A stretch of DNA of 64,000 nt. Origin: Candidatus Epulonipiscium sp. Lineage in GTDB: Bacteria > Bacillota > Clostridia > Lachnospirales > Defluviitaleaceae. Made by a program: the position numbers and the translations under genes. The stretch spans positions 4,411 to 68,410 of the forward strand of contig JAAYQR010000028.1 of assembly GCA_012519205.1 (NCBI GenBank), read 5' to 3'. This document shows, in pieces, positions 17,388 through 25,715 of this stretch; the stretch's first letter is position 1, and every line of letters starts with the position of its first letter. The notes under the pieces are model-generated. The model ran no database searches, was not told where the DNA came from, and saw only the letters and a list, made by a program, of their open reading frames with translations.

Positions 17388-20090
17388 TTATAATAACCAC
17401 CCTACATTATTCTTTTGGTTCTCGCAAATCATTTCATCAAGTATTGACTCAACCTTATCAAATTCTAAATCATGGCTATAAATACTCGCATTGTTTAATT
17501 TTTCGTAAACCTCTTTTGGATTGCCCCTTAGTTTTTTGCAGTTATGGTTATACATTTTGACTTCCGTAAGGATAATATTGTCTTCCTTATCGATTTCTTC
17601 AATATAGTATTCCATACTTTCATTAAAAAACAAAGAAACACAAATTCCATATAAGCCAAAAGCTATAGGATACATTTTCTTTTTATTCAAGGGAAAACCT
17701 TGAATTTTATAACAAAAATAGACTTCCTTCCCCTTCTTAGTATAATGGGTAAAGGGGGTATTCTGTTCTACATACGAAAAATACGGAAATTTGTCTTGTT
17801 TTTCTTTAATAATTGGAAAAATAAATTGATTTCTTTTCATCCATTTAAAAATGGGTAGTATTGTTTCATTTTTTATTTCTATATTCATTGGGATATTTGC
17901 GTAAATATGAATAAGAGATGATCCTAATAGCATATCTTGAGTAAGTTCAAAGTTTTTTTCTAGTTTTTCTAGGGTTTTTGGTGTAACCATCTTCCCATTT
18001 ATCAAAATTTCATAGCTGCAATATAGGATAAAGTCATTTGCCATGGTGGGTTCTTTTTCATATATGTTTTGAAAAGCTTCTTCTAGTTCTTCATTCAAAT
18101 CTCTAATCCAAATCCCCTTTTGCAATATTTTTTTATCTATATCGTAGGTTGGCTTTTCTAGGAGTTTTATCATATGCCTTAAGGCATACCATTCTCCCAT
18201 ACTTCCTTTATAATTCTTAAGAACATAATCTAAAATAACTTCATCGTATTTTCTTTCTAAAATAAGATTATATGCAATCCCTGCAATATATGAATTCTCT
18301 ATGTTTAACTCTATTCCCTTTTTTACTAGTTTAAACTTTGTATCATCCCCTAATGAATCCGAGCCTTGCGCCCAAAATATTGCCTTAGTTACATCTCCCC
18401 CTTCTATTAACGCATTTATTCCGTATTCTATCTGATACGGGTATAAATCCTGTAAATCTAGAGGTTTAAAGTATGGGAATGCCTTTTCTTGTTCTTTATT
18501 AAAACTATAAAGTGTTCCTAAGGAAGCTGATATTTTTTTCCTGAAGGTATCGGACAATGCGCTATTTTCTAAGCATTCCCCCATTATCCTTACAGCCTTT
18601 ATCAAAGATAGATTTCCCATGTTTTTTGGCATTTCATTTATAAAGTATTTAGTAAGTCTAATTAGAAGGCTTGCACTCCTATAGCCTTCATCATAATACT
18701 TTAATAATAAATCTACGGGCACATCTTTAACTAATTTATTCACCCGTATTAAGTCTTTAGGATAAATGCCCTTCTGCCTCTGACCTATACAAAGAATAGT
18801 CAGCTCATCTTTTTCATGGGCAACTGCTTCTATATAAAGTATCTTTTTATCGACTATATATGTAGCCGTTGTTTCTTTTTCGCTTTCGATAACCCATATA
18901 TATTTAATTAAGGGAGATTCTACATAGACTTCATATGTAAAAAGCTGCTCAAATATTGCTTTTTTAAATAAGTTATCGTTTTCGTTTTTCTCTAGTAATC
19001 GCATATATATATCAATATAGTATTTTCCTTGTTTGTTTGCTCTTAAGGCATTTTCCCCAAAGGCAAGAATCTTATTGTAATGAATTTGAAAAAGCATCCT
19101 ATGCTGCTCATCCTTGCATAAGATTGAGTATATATAGGCAGTTAGAGATTCATTAAATTGCTCCTTAAGCATTGCTGATTGTAAAATTGATGTAGGAATT
19201 TTTACCATATCTAGCTTATGAGCTGTTTCTATATATGCCAAATGAACTCCCTTAACATAAAATTTTAAATCTATTATTGCCTCAAATACCTTAAAGGCTT
19301 CCTTATCCCTCTTATTTTCTTTTATATAGGTTGCACATAATAGTACCAAGGCCTCGCTAATACCCCATCTATTATACATTTTTTCTATATAGTCCTTGGG
19401 AATATTGAGGCTTTCTTGATTTTGATTTGCCCAGCTTATAAATAACTTTGCATTTTCCTTATCCAAAACCTCATATTTTATTGCCCATATAAAAACAGCC
19501 CTGACCATATCCTTCATATTATAAAAATAAGTGAAATCAAGACAAAGCAACCGGTATACCTCTGAATATAAAAACGGGCTCCTTAAACCATTTAGAAAAG
19601 CCTTGTCATAATAATAGGCTTGGGTTTTTTCTTCATTAAAAAATTCTCTTTCTATCATGGCTTTTATAAAAAATAATATTCCGCTATTTTCTTCTTCTAA
19701 GCAATCATCAAATATCTTAAGAGACCTTTGTACAAACATATGTCTACCTTTATAATAATCTATCAATGCCTTAAAATAATATAGGATTGCCAAAATGGTT
19801 TTGTCGGTATCATGGTAATATTTTTTGTATTTGAGTAAAGCCTTAAGGGACTTATATGCCTCATCATATCTTTCTAGTTTTATTTTTAACCAAATAAGAC
19901 TTAAAGCAATCCTTATCTCTATTGGATTTTGTCTATTAAGTTCAGATACCAATAGTATCGAATCGTTATATTTCCCCATAAGTCCATAGCTTACTGCATT
20001 AAATAGTCTTACACGATAGGCGATACGATTTTGATTGGATTTGTCTTCCCACTTATCCATTAATGTCTGCATATATCCATTCATTTTCAT
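17388..20090 (-). CDS. 900-aa protein of unknown function, with an alpha-solenoid / TPR-like N-terminal region and a mixed C-terminal region
   Basis: Long uninterrupted ORF whose ATG overlaps the upstream stop (ATGA at 20087-20090). No signal peptide, TM segment or catalytic motif that I recognise. Helical repeat character, e.g. YDEAYKSLKALLKYKKYYHDTDKTILAILYYFKALIDYYKG. Confidence 0.55.
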   Translation of the reverse strand: MKMNGYMQTLMDKWEDKSNQNRIAYRVRLFNAVSYGLMGKYNDSILLVSELNRQNPIEIRIALSLIWLKIKLERYDEAYKSLKALLKYKKYYHDTDKTILAILYYFKALIDYYKGRHMFVQRSLKIFDDCLEEENSGILFFIKAMIEREFFNEEKTQAYYYDKAFLNGLRSPFLYSEVYRLLCLDFTYFYNMKDMVRAVFIWAIKYEVLDKENAKLFISWANQNQESLNIPKDYIEKMYNRWGISEALVLLCATYIKENKRDKEAFKVFEAIIDLKFYVKGVHLAYIETAHKLDMVKIPTSILQSAMLKEQFNESLTAYIYSILCKDEQHRMLFQIHYNKILAFGENALRANKQGKYYIDIYMRLLEKNENDNLFKKAIFEQLFTYEVYVESPLIKYIWVIESEKETTATYIVDKKILYIEAVAHEKDELTILCIGQRQKGIYPKDLIRVNKLVKDVPVDLLLKYYDEGYRSASLLIRLTKYFINEMPKNMGNLSLIKAVRIMGECLENSALSDTFRKKISASLGTLYSFNKEQEKAFPYFKPLDLQDLYPYQIEYGINALIEGGDVTKAIFWAQGSDSLGDDTKFKLVKKGIELNIENSYIAGIAYNLILERKYDEVILDYVLKNYKGSMGEWYALRHMIKLLEKPTYDIDKKILQKGIWIRDLNEELEEAFQNIYEKEPTMANDFILYCSYEILINGKMVTPKTLEKLEKNFELTQDMLLGSSLIHIYANIPMNIEIKNETILPIFKWMKRNQFIFPIIKEKQDKFPYFSYVEQNTPFTHYTKKGKEVYFCYKIQGFPLNKKKMYPIAFGLYGICVSLFFNESMEYYIEEIDKEDNIILTEVKMYNHNCKKLRGNPKEVYEKLNNASIYSHDLEFDKVESILDEMICENQKNNVGWLL

Positions 20091-21310
20091 CCCCCTAAAC
20101 CAATCCTATCAACTTTCAATACCAAACTATCTTTTATTCTATATTTTTTATTGCTAACCATAAGCTCGATTATCGTTTCGCAATAAGGTTCCTTGTTCAT
20201 CCCCCATTTATCCCAACCCGTTAAGCGAACTCTAAATGGAATTTCTGCCTTTTTTGATATAAGATATTTTTTAGCCTCAAAACCAATCCAGGAATCCTTA
20301 GGAAAGATATGAACCATGGCATCTTTCCCGGTTTCGTTTTCAATTATTAGCACTCCCACATCATCTTGTTTATAGGATTTTTTAGAAAGACTTATATTAA
20401 AAACTTGCTTTTGTGTTACTATAACCTTATATGTGCTTTCCATATCCTCATGATGAATCTTGATATATCCAAAGTTAATTTTGTTTTTAATTTTATTGGG
20501 TATAATTTCATACTCAATAATAAGTTTATTTTCTTTAAAATCCTGGGCTGTAAATATGGACTTAGATAGTTTTATCCAAGACTCATTGGTTTCTAGTTCT
20601 ATATCAATCAAACCCCATCCTTTTTTGTGCAGTATTATCCCTTTTTTGTTTGGCCTCTTATCCTTAGGAGATAGTTCTACTTTCCTTATATCGTCCTCTA
20701 TCCATATGGTTGGGGGTTGCTTATTGTTTGTTAATCTTAAAAAATATTCCAATGCCCAGTCCTTTTGTGAAATTATAATAATTTGGTTATATATTTTTAC
20801 ATATTCTAAGTTCTGACTTTGATAAAGCCAAGACAAAAATCCCGGTGAACAGAATATTTCATTTGCCCGTTCCCAATTATTTTTTGCAAACTCTGTGAAT
20901 TCCTCTAGGCTGGATACGCTATTGGTTTCATCAATAATTAACATTGGTTTTTTTATTCCGATATGGTTAGAAATCTCCTGTTCTCCTCCATTTGATTCTA
21001 TTATCCAAGTATCTTCATATGTATTACCCCAAAACATATTTTTACTATCAATACGATATATGATAACCTGCACATTATCCTTCCATTCTGCAGAATTAAA
21101 ATTTTCAGGTGTAAACTCTGCATATCCTTTTTTAGAAAAAACTTTACCCTTTAAGGGAGTTCCCCCTTTGTTTTCTACTCTAAATGCCCCTGTATATATG
21201 GATTGTGATGCAATTGTTATTCTTAGATTATTAATAGGTACAAAAAGTATCGGAGGGGTTTTACTATAATCTTCCCTATTAACTTGATAAGAAGTATTTT
21301 CCAATGTCAT
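20087..21310 (-). CDS. 407-aa protein of unknown function, first gene of the multi-Hsp70 operon, beta-rich (Ig-like/beta-sandwich-looking repeats)
   Basis: Uninterrupted ORF with no signal peptide or TM segment. Alternating beta-strand-like patterns, e.g. LRITIASQSIYTGAFRVENKGGTPLKGKVFSK and VGVLIIENETGKDAMVHIFPK. GGAGG abuts ATG 21310, so TTG 21304 may be the real start. Confidence 0.5.
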   Translation of the reverse strand: MTLENTSYQVNREDYSKTPPILFVPINNLRITIASQSIYTGAFRVENKGGTPLKGKVFSKKGYAEFTPENFNSAEWKDNVQVIIYRIDSKNMFWGNTYEDTWIIESNGGEQEISNHIGIKKPMLIIDETNSVSSLEEFTEFAKNNWERANEIFCSPGFLSWLYQSQNLEYVKIYNQIIIISQKDWALEYFLRLTNNKQPPTIWIEDDIRKVELSPKDKRPNKKGIILHKKGWGLIDIELETNESWIKLSKSIFTAQDFKENKLIIEYEIIPNKIKNKINFGYIKIHHEDMESTYKVIVTQKQVFNISLSKKSYKQDDVGVLIIENETGKDAMVHIFPKDSWIGFEAKKYLISKKAEIPFRVRLTGWDKWGMNKEPYCETIIELMVSNKKYRIKDSLVLKVDRIGLGG

Positions 21311-21338
21311 CCTCCTTTACTTTAAGGTATTATTAATT

Positions 21339-21368
21339 ATTATATATCAATCTACTTTAATTTTCCAA
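21339..21368 (-). promoter_or_regulatory. Candidate sigma-A promoter of the multi-Hsp70 operon
   Basis: Minus strand reads TTGGAA (21368-21363), 18-nt spacer, TATAAT (21344-21339), about 30 nt upstream of the first gene. The context is AT-rich, so specificity is low. Confidence 0.3.
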
Positions 21369-21527
21369 TATATTATGAATACATTAATCTTTACTGATAT
21401 CTTTTACTTATTCATAAGGATTAATTGACTTCTAGTTGCTTATGTCCTCTTTTGGTGTATAATATATAAAAATCCACTCATAAATGTAATTTTTTAATTT
21501 ATGCCTAAGGGCAGAACGGAGGACAAC

Positions 21528-22628
21528 ATGGAAAAATCTAAACATTACCTACACGGGGGAGATCTTGAAGCTATAGAAAAGCTATATAAAATTCCAAGAG
21601 ATAAACTTATTGATTTTAGCTCCAATGTTAACCCTTTAGGAATTTCTCCAAAAGCTAAAGAAGAATTAGCACATAATCTTGATTTGATTTCTACTTATCC
21701 AGATAGAGAATATATTAATCTTCGTCAAAAAATCTCTAAATACACGGGAGCTAGTTTTGAGTCTATCATAGTGGGCAATGGCTCAACGGAACTTATTTCC
21801 CTATTTATTAAACTAATAAATCCAAAAAAGTCTTTGGTTATAGGTCCCACTTATTCAGAATACGAAAGAGAAATTCTTTTAGGTGGCGGTAAGATAGAGT
21901 ATTACCCCTTAAAGGAAAAATTGGATTTTGAGATTGATATAGAAAATCTTAAAAACTCTTTATCAGAAGATTTATCTTTACTCGTTATATGTAATCCAAA
22001 CAATCCCACAAGTTCTGCTATTTCAAATTCTGATTTGGATGTGATAATTAATCATTGTAAGTCAAAAGGCATATATGTTCTAATTGATGAAACTTATATA
22101 GAATTTACAGAAAACATGGAAAAACTAGAGTCAATTTCCTTATCAAAATCATATGATAACCTAATTATTCTAAGGGGAATATCCAAATTCTTTTCTTCCC
22201 CGGGACTTCGTTTTGGATACGGTATATGCGGAAACAAAGACTTAATTAATAAAATGAATGACTATAAAAATCCATGGACCATAAATATATTAGCTTCCTT
22301 TGGTGCAGGAATTATGTTAGAAGATAGGGAGTATATTAAAGCCACAAAAAAAATGATTTGCTCAGAAAGAACTAAAATGTATAATGCCTTAAAATCTTGG
22401 AAAAACATTAAGGTATACGAACCCAAAGCTAATTTTATCCTTTTTAAGCTTCTTAGGGGTGATATTAACTCCACAGAGATTTTCGAGAAACTTATTAAGC
22501 AAAATATGATTATAAGAGATGCCGCTAGCTTTCCGTTTTTAAATTCTAGGTATATGAGATTTTGTTTTTTACTTCCAGAACAAAACCAACAACTTATAGA
22601 TTATCTTTACGAACTGATTGAACAGTAA
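21528..22628 (+). CDS. cobD: PLP-dependent class I/II aminotransferase-fold enzyme, most like L-threonine-O-3-phosphate decarboxylase CobD (HisC-like)
   Basis: N-terminal HGGDLEA...IDFSSNVNPLGISP is CobD-like. Also GNGSTELI, NPNNPT and the PLP-lysine context RGISKFFSSPGLRFGY. Start moved to ATG 21528 (GGAGG upstream). Confidence 0.6.
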   Translation: MEKSKHYLHGGDLEAIEKLYKIPRDKLIDFSSNVNPLGISPKAKEELAHNLDLISTYPDREYINLRQKISKYTGASFESIIVGNGSTELISLFIKLINPKKSLVIGPTYSEYEREILLGGGKIEYYPLKEKLDFEIDIENLKNSLSEDLSLLVICNPNNPTSSAISNSDLDVIINHCKSKGIYVLIDETYIEFTENMEKLESISLSKSYDNLIILRGISKFFSSPGLRFGYGICGNKDLINKMNDYKNPWTINILASFGAGIMLEDREYIKATKKMICSERTKMYNALKSWKNIKVYEPKANFILFKLLRGDINSTEIFEKLIKQNMIIRDAASFPFLNSRYMRFCFLLPEQNQQLIDYLYELIEQ

Positions 22629-22655
22629 AAGGCTGCCTAATAGGTAGCCTTTTTT
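22627..22655. terminator. Hairpin terminator between the convergent cobD-like and DUF815 genes
   Basis: AAAAGGCTGCC-TAATA-GGTAGCCTTTTTT. Confidence 0.65.
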
Positions 22656-22661
22656 GCTTTC

Positions 22662-23858
22662 TTATTTTCCTGAAATATAATCAATAAACTGGCGAGCCGT
22701 CCTTCCAGAGCGGCCATTATGCCACATTTCCCATTGTAGCGCTTTTTTTCGCAATTCTTCCCTTGGGATATCTATTTGATGTTTGGCCGCTAAACCCTCT
22801 ACTATTTTAAGGTATTCTTCCTGACTTGGGGATATATAAGTAATGCTTATGCCAAACCTATCTGCCAAGGATATCTTTTCTTGAACAGAATCAGAAATAT
22901 GTATTTCTTCAGTGTTTTGCCTATCATTCCACGTTTCTTTTATCAAATGTCTTCTATTAGATGTAGCATAGATTAAAACATTATCCGGTTTTTTCTCTAT
23001 ACCCCCTTCGATGACAGCTTTCATATGCTTATATTCTATTTCAAATTCTTCGAAGGATAAATCATCCATAAATATTATAAAATATCTATTCCTATTTCTA
23101 ATAAGGGATATTATTTTATTAAAATCAATAAGTTGATTTTTGTTTAATTCAATTAATCTAAGACCCCTGTGGGCATATTCATTTAAAAGAGCTTTAACAG
23201 AAGAAGATTTCCCTGTCCCCCTATCTCCAAATAACAAAACATTATTTGCACTTTTCCCTTCTAGAAAACCTTCTGTGTTTTCCTTTAAAATCTTTTTTTG
23301 TTCCTCATAGCCTATTAAATCCTTAAGTCTTATGTTGTCGGGATTTTCTATACCTTTTAATCCGTCTTCCCACCTAAATGCCCTATATTTCCCCATCATA
23401 CCGCAGCCATTTTCATAATAATACCGTGCCAATTTATTAATGATATCGTCTATGGCGATATTATCTTTTTGGGATGCATTTAAAAATGATAAGGGCTCTA
23501 TTTTAAGTTTGCTTGCTATTATATCCCAATCTATATGGGCAAATTCACTCAAAATTAACAAATCCCTTTTCACAACCATTTCTATTGCTGTATCCCTTTT
23601 ATTATTTTCTTTTTCACAGGAAAGACTAAAAATATTTTCATCCTCAATTACTAAATGAATTATATAATTTTTCCACAAAGAATCTCTTAAGTTATATTTA
23701 AAACCAAATTCAAGAAGCTGTGAGATAATTTCTGAAAAATCATTTTGTAATTTGGTACCATCCTTGTTTTGCTGTTTCAAATCCGTAATAAGTCTTTGGG
23801 TTGCACTTATTAGCTTATCCTCCAAAAGACTTCTATAAATCAATAAATTATTTATCAT
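22662..23858 (-). CDS. P-loop ATPase of the DUF815 (AAA-like) family
   Basis: 398 aa. Walker A LLFGDRGTGKSSSVKALL and Walker B-like YFIIFMDDLSF. Size and layout are typical of Firmicute DUF815 proteins. Confidence 0.65.
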   Translation of the reverse strand: MINNLLIYRSLLEDKLISATQRLITDLKQQNKDGTKLQNDFSEIISQLLEFGFKYNLRDSLWKNYIIHLVIEDENIFSLSCEKENNKRDTAIEMVVKRDLLILSEFAHIDWDIIASKLKIEPLSFLNASQKDNIAIDDIINKLARYYYENGCGMMGKYRAFRWEDGLKGIENPDNIRLKDLIGYEEQKKILKENTEGFLEGKSANNVLLFGDRGTGKSSSVKALLNEYAHRGLRLIELNKNQLIDFNKIISLIRNRNRYFIIFMDDLSFEEFEIEYKHMKAVIEGGIEKKPDNVLIYATSNRRHLIKETWNDRQNTEEIHISDSVQEKISLADRFGISITYISPSQEEYLKIVEGLAAKHQIDIPREELRKKALQWEMWHNGRSGRTARQFIDYISGK

Positions 23859-23943
23859 ATTAATTCTCCTTTGATTATAAAATCAGCCTACGACTTAACT
23901 GTACAAGGCAGTAAGCCATAGGCATTAGTATCGTTTGTTAAAA

Positions 23944-24660
23944 TTAAATATGTTTAAACCATCGTGATAAGACAAATATTATAAAAGAATGTAGCGGGAT
24001 AATAACCAACCCTGCAATTATCCTTCCAGGTAAGAATGCCAGAAATCCCTTTTCATAAGTAATTGCAAGCACAAAGGTATTTATTATTAGTGAAATTATA
24101 AAATACCCTACGGTTACTACAAATAATATCTTATCAAATGAATATAGGCTATCTTTTGATTTTACGATTATCCCTAATATAATAGGAAGCACTATAAATG
24201 CTAGAGCAACTAACCCATATAGTATCAAAATAAAATTCGATATCTCAATATTTTGGGTCATAGGAACATATATTGCCCCTACCGCCATAATAAGGCTAAA
24301 TATAACATTTATAATATGAAAATTAATCTTGACTTTATGGTTTCTAATTACCCAATAAATTAAACCCGGTAATAATCCTCTCAAAATTGCCCCTACTGTC
24401 ATCCCAGGGATATAAGGCCCACCCATGGGATTAATGATAAATCCCAAGATATCGCTTACCCCCCCGGTTAATGCTCCAGCAATAGGTCCAAAGAGTATAC
24501 CACTTATTATAACGGGTATATCCCCAAATCCTATGCGTAGAACCGGGAACCCTGCCAAGGGAATCATATATGAGAAAAATCTAGTCAATATAATGCTAAT
24601 TCCTGAAAGCAGTCCACAAGAGACCAAAATCTTTGTATCAAAAACTTTTGATTTATTCAA
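23944..24660 (-). CDS. folT: ECF transporter S component, folate family (FolT)
   Basis: Polytopic membrane protein directly downstream of a THF riboswitch. I prefer TTG 24660 (AAGGAGGGAG 6 nt upstream) over the track start 24702. Confidence 0.75.
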   Translation of the reverse strand: MNKSKVFDTKILVSCGLLSGISIILTRFFSYMIPLAGFPVLRIGFGDIPVIISGILFGPIAGALTGGVSDILGFIINPMGGPYIPGMTVGAILRGLLPGLIYWVIRNHKVKINFHIINVIFSLIMAVGAIYVPMTQNIEISNFILILYGLVALAFIVLPIILGIIVKSKDSLYSFDKILFVVTVGYFIISLIINTFVLAITYEKGFLAFLPGRIIAGLVIIPLHSFIIFVLSRWFKHI

Positions 24661-24730
24661 ACTCTCCCTCCTTTCTCTAGTATGATATGACATGAGTAAC
24701 ACACCACACTAAAGAAAGGGGTTCTTTAAT

Positions 24731-24840
24731 GCACAGCGGAAGCGATAAAGCACCGCAGCAATGGATTTATAAAATCCATCTCTTTCGTTTAAGAGCAACT
24801 TCCCATCTCTTAACACTTAACGCGCCTTATCTACTCTGTC
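24731..24840 (-). promoter_or_regulatory. THF (tetrahydrofolate, folT-motif) riboswitch
   Basis: Minus strand reads GACAGAGTAGATAAGGCGCGTTAAGTGTTAAGAGATGGGAAGTTGCTCTTAAACGAAAG...GCGGTGCTTTATCGCTTCCGCTGTGC. This matches the conserved THF-riboswitch blocks AGAGUAGAU, CGCGUUAAGUG, AUGGGA, AACGAA, GCGGUG and UCCGCU. Confidence 0.85.
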
Positions 24841-24851
24841 ATTCCATAATC

Positions 24852-24880
24852 ATTATATATAATTATACAAAATTCTGCAA
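24852..24880 (-). promoter_or_regulatory. Sigma-A promoter driving the THF riboswitch and folT
   Basis: Minus strand reads TTGCAG (24880-24875), 17-nt spacer, TATAAT (24857-24852), 11 nt before the riboswitch P1. Confidence 0.55.
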
Positions 24881-25043
24881 GAAATAATAGATAAACAACA
24901 GCCATTATTCCATATTTCTCTTTTTTCCAGCTCTATTTAATTTATTCCGTGAGTTGTCATTCTGAGCAGAGCAAAAAATATAGGCCTCAAAATCCTTTAC
25001 TTCGTTTAGGACGGTAGGGACGGATTTACTGGTTAAATAGGTA

Positions 25044-25073
25044 TTGACATTTCGTCAATAATATGCATATAAT
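25044..25073 (+). promoter_or_regulatory. Sigma-A promoter of the XRE/cupin regulator and pot operon
   Basis: TTGACA (25044-25049), 18-nt spacer, TATAAT (25068-25073). Confidence 0.6.
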
Positions 25074-25084
25074 AAACCGTTTCA

Positions 25085-25107
25085 TTTGTTTAGCAAATCT
25101 AAACAAA
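25085..25107 (+). promoter_or_regulatory. Perfect 9-bp inverted repeat, candidate operator (or 5' UTR hairpin) just downstream of the -10
   Basis: TTTGTTTAG-caaat-CTAAACAAA. A third half-site-like GTTTAG lies at 25110-25115. Confidence 0.4.
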
Positions 25108-25147
25108 AAGTTTAGTTAATCAAAACATACAGGAATAGGGTGTATTT

Positions 25148-25687
25148 ATGAATATCGGTGAAAAAATAAAATTACTAAGGATTACTAATGGCTTAACTCA
25201 AGAAGAACTAGCTAACCGTTGCGAACTTACAAAGGGATTTATTTCTCAAGTTGAAAGGGATTTAACATCTCCTTCTATTGCAACCTTAGTTGATATTTTA
25301 GAATGCTTGGGAACCAATTTAAAAAACTTTTTCAATGAAGCCGAAGAAGAAAAAATCGTATTTCACAAGGATGATATTTTTATTCAAGAGGACCTTGATA
25401 ATAAAAACGAAATACATTGGATAATCCCAAATGCACAGAAAAATCATATGGAACCTATTATGCTTGTTATGGAAAAAGGCGGAAGTTCCATACCACATCC
25501 ACCCCACGAAGGGGAAGAATTCGGGTATGTTTTATCGGGAAATATTTTAATCAATATTGGTAATAACAAGTATAAGGCGAAAAAAGGCGAAACCTTTTGC
25601 TTTAAACCTTCTAAATCTCATTTTATTTCCAATACAGGAAATTCAAAGGCAAAAATATTATGGGTATGCACCCCACCTAGTTTCTAA
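25148..25687 (+). CDS. XRE-family HTH transcriptional regulator with C-terminal cupin domain (PuuR-like)
   Basis: N-terminal HTH_3 sequence [37 protein letters not shown]-terminal cupin sequence [33 protein letters not shown]. Confidence 0.85.
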   Translation: MNIGEKIKLLRITNGLTQEELANRCELTKGFISQVERDLTSPSIATLVDILECLGTNLKNFFNEAEEEKIVFHKDDIFIQEDLDNKNEIHWIIPNAQKNHMEPIMLVMEKGGSSIPHPPHEGEEFGYVLSGNILINIGNNKYKAKKGETFCFKPSKSHFISNTGNSKAKILWVCTPPSF

Positions 25688-25715
25688 CGATATCATTTAT
25701 AAGGAGGAAATCAAT

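Noticed and set aside
7142-21310. Interpreting the block as the ordinary heat-shock hrcA-grpE-dnaK-dnaJ operon, duplicated.
   Set aside because: There is no hrcA, no dnaJ and no CIRCE element upstream. All the Hsp70s lack the lid. The GrpE domain is appended to a 570-aa extension. vWA, TPR and two unknown large genes are embedded in the same tightly coupled unit.
21426-21480. TTGACT ... TGTATAAT upstream of the cobD-like gene, considered as a canonical promoter.
   Set aside because: The spacing between TTGACT and TATAAT is about 27 nt, so only an extended -10 (TGTATAAT) reading is possible. In this AT-rich region that is too weak to list as a feature.
24900-25040. An unexplained ~140-nt spacer containing GTCATTCTGAGCAGAGCAAA ... 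TTTACTTCGTTTAGGACGG. This can form an imperfect hairpin rich in G-U pairs on the plus strand. It resembles GTCATTCTGAGC-type intergenic repeat elements seen in many anaerobes. The last bases of the window (ATCCTTCGCTA) look vaguely similar.
   Set aside because: There is only one copy in the window, with 3 mismatches and 5 wobble pairs in 19 positions. It lies upstream of the nearest plus-strand promoter. I cannot show it is a repeat family or a functional RNA without genome-wide counting.
25557-25715. The long potA N-terminal extension in the ORF track, which overlaps the end of the XRE/cupin regulator gene.
   Set aside because: The ABC ATPase homology begins at [15 protein letters not shown] (ATG 25716), preceded by AAGGAGG. 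The extension is an out-of-frame read of the regulator's 3' end.
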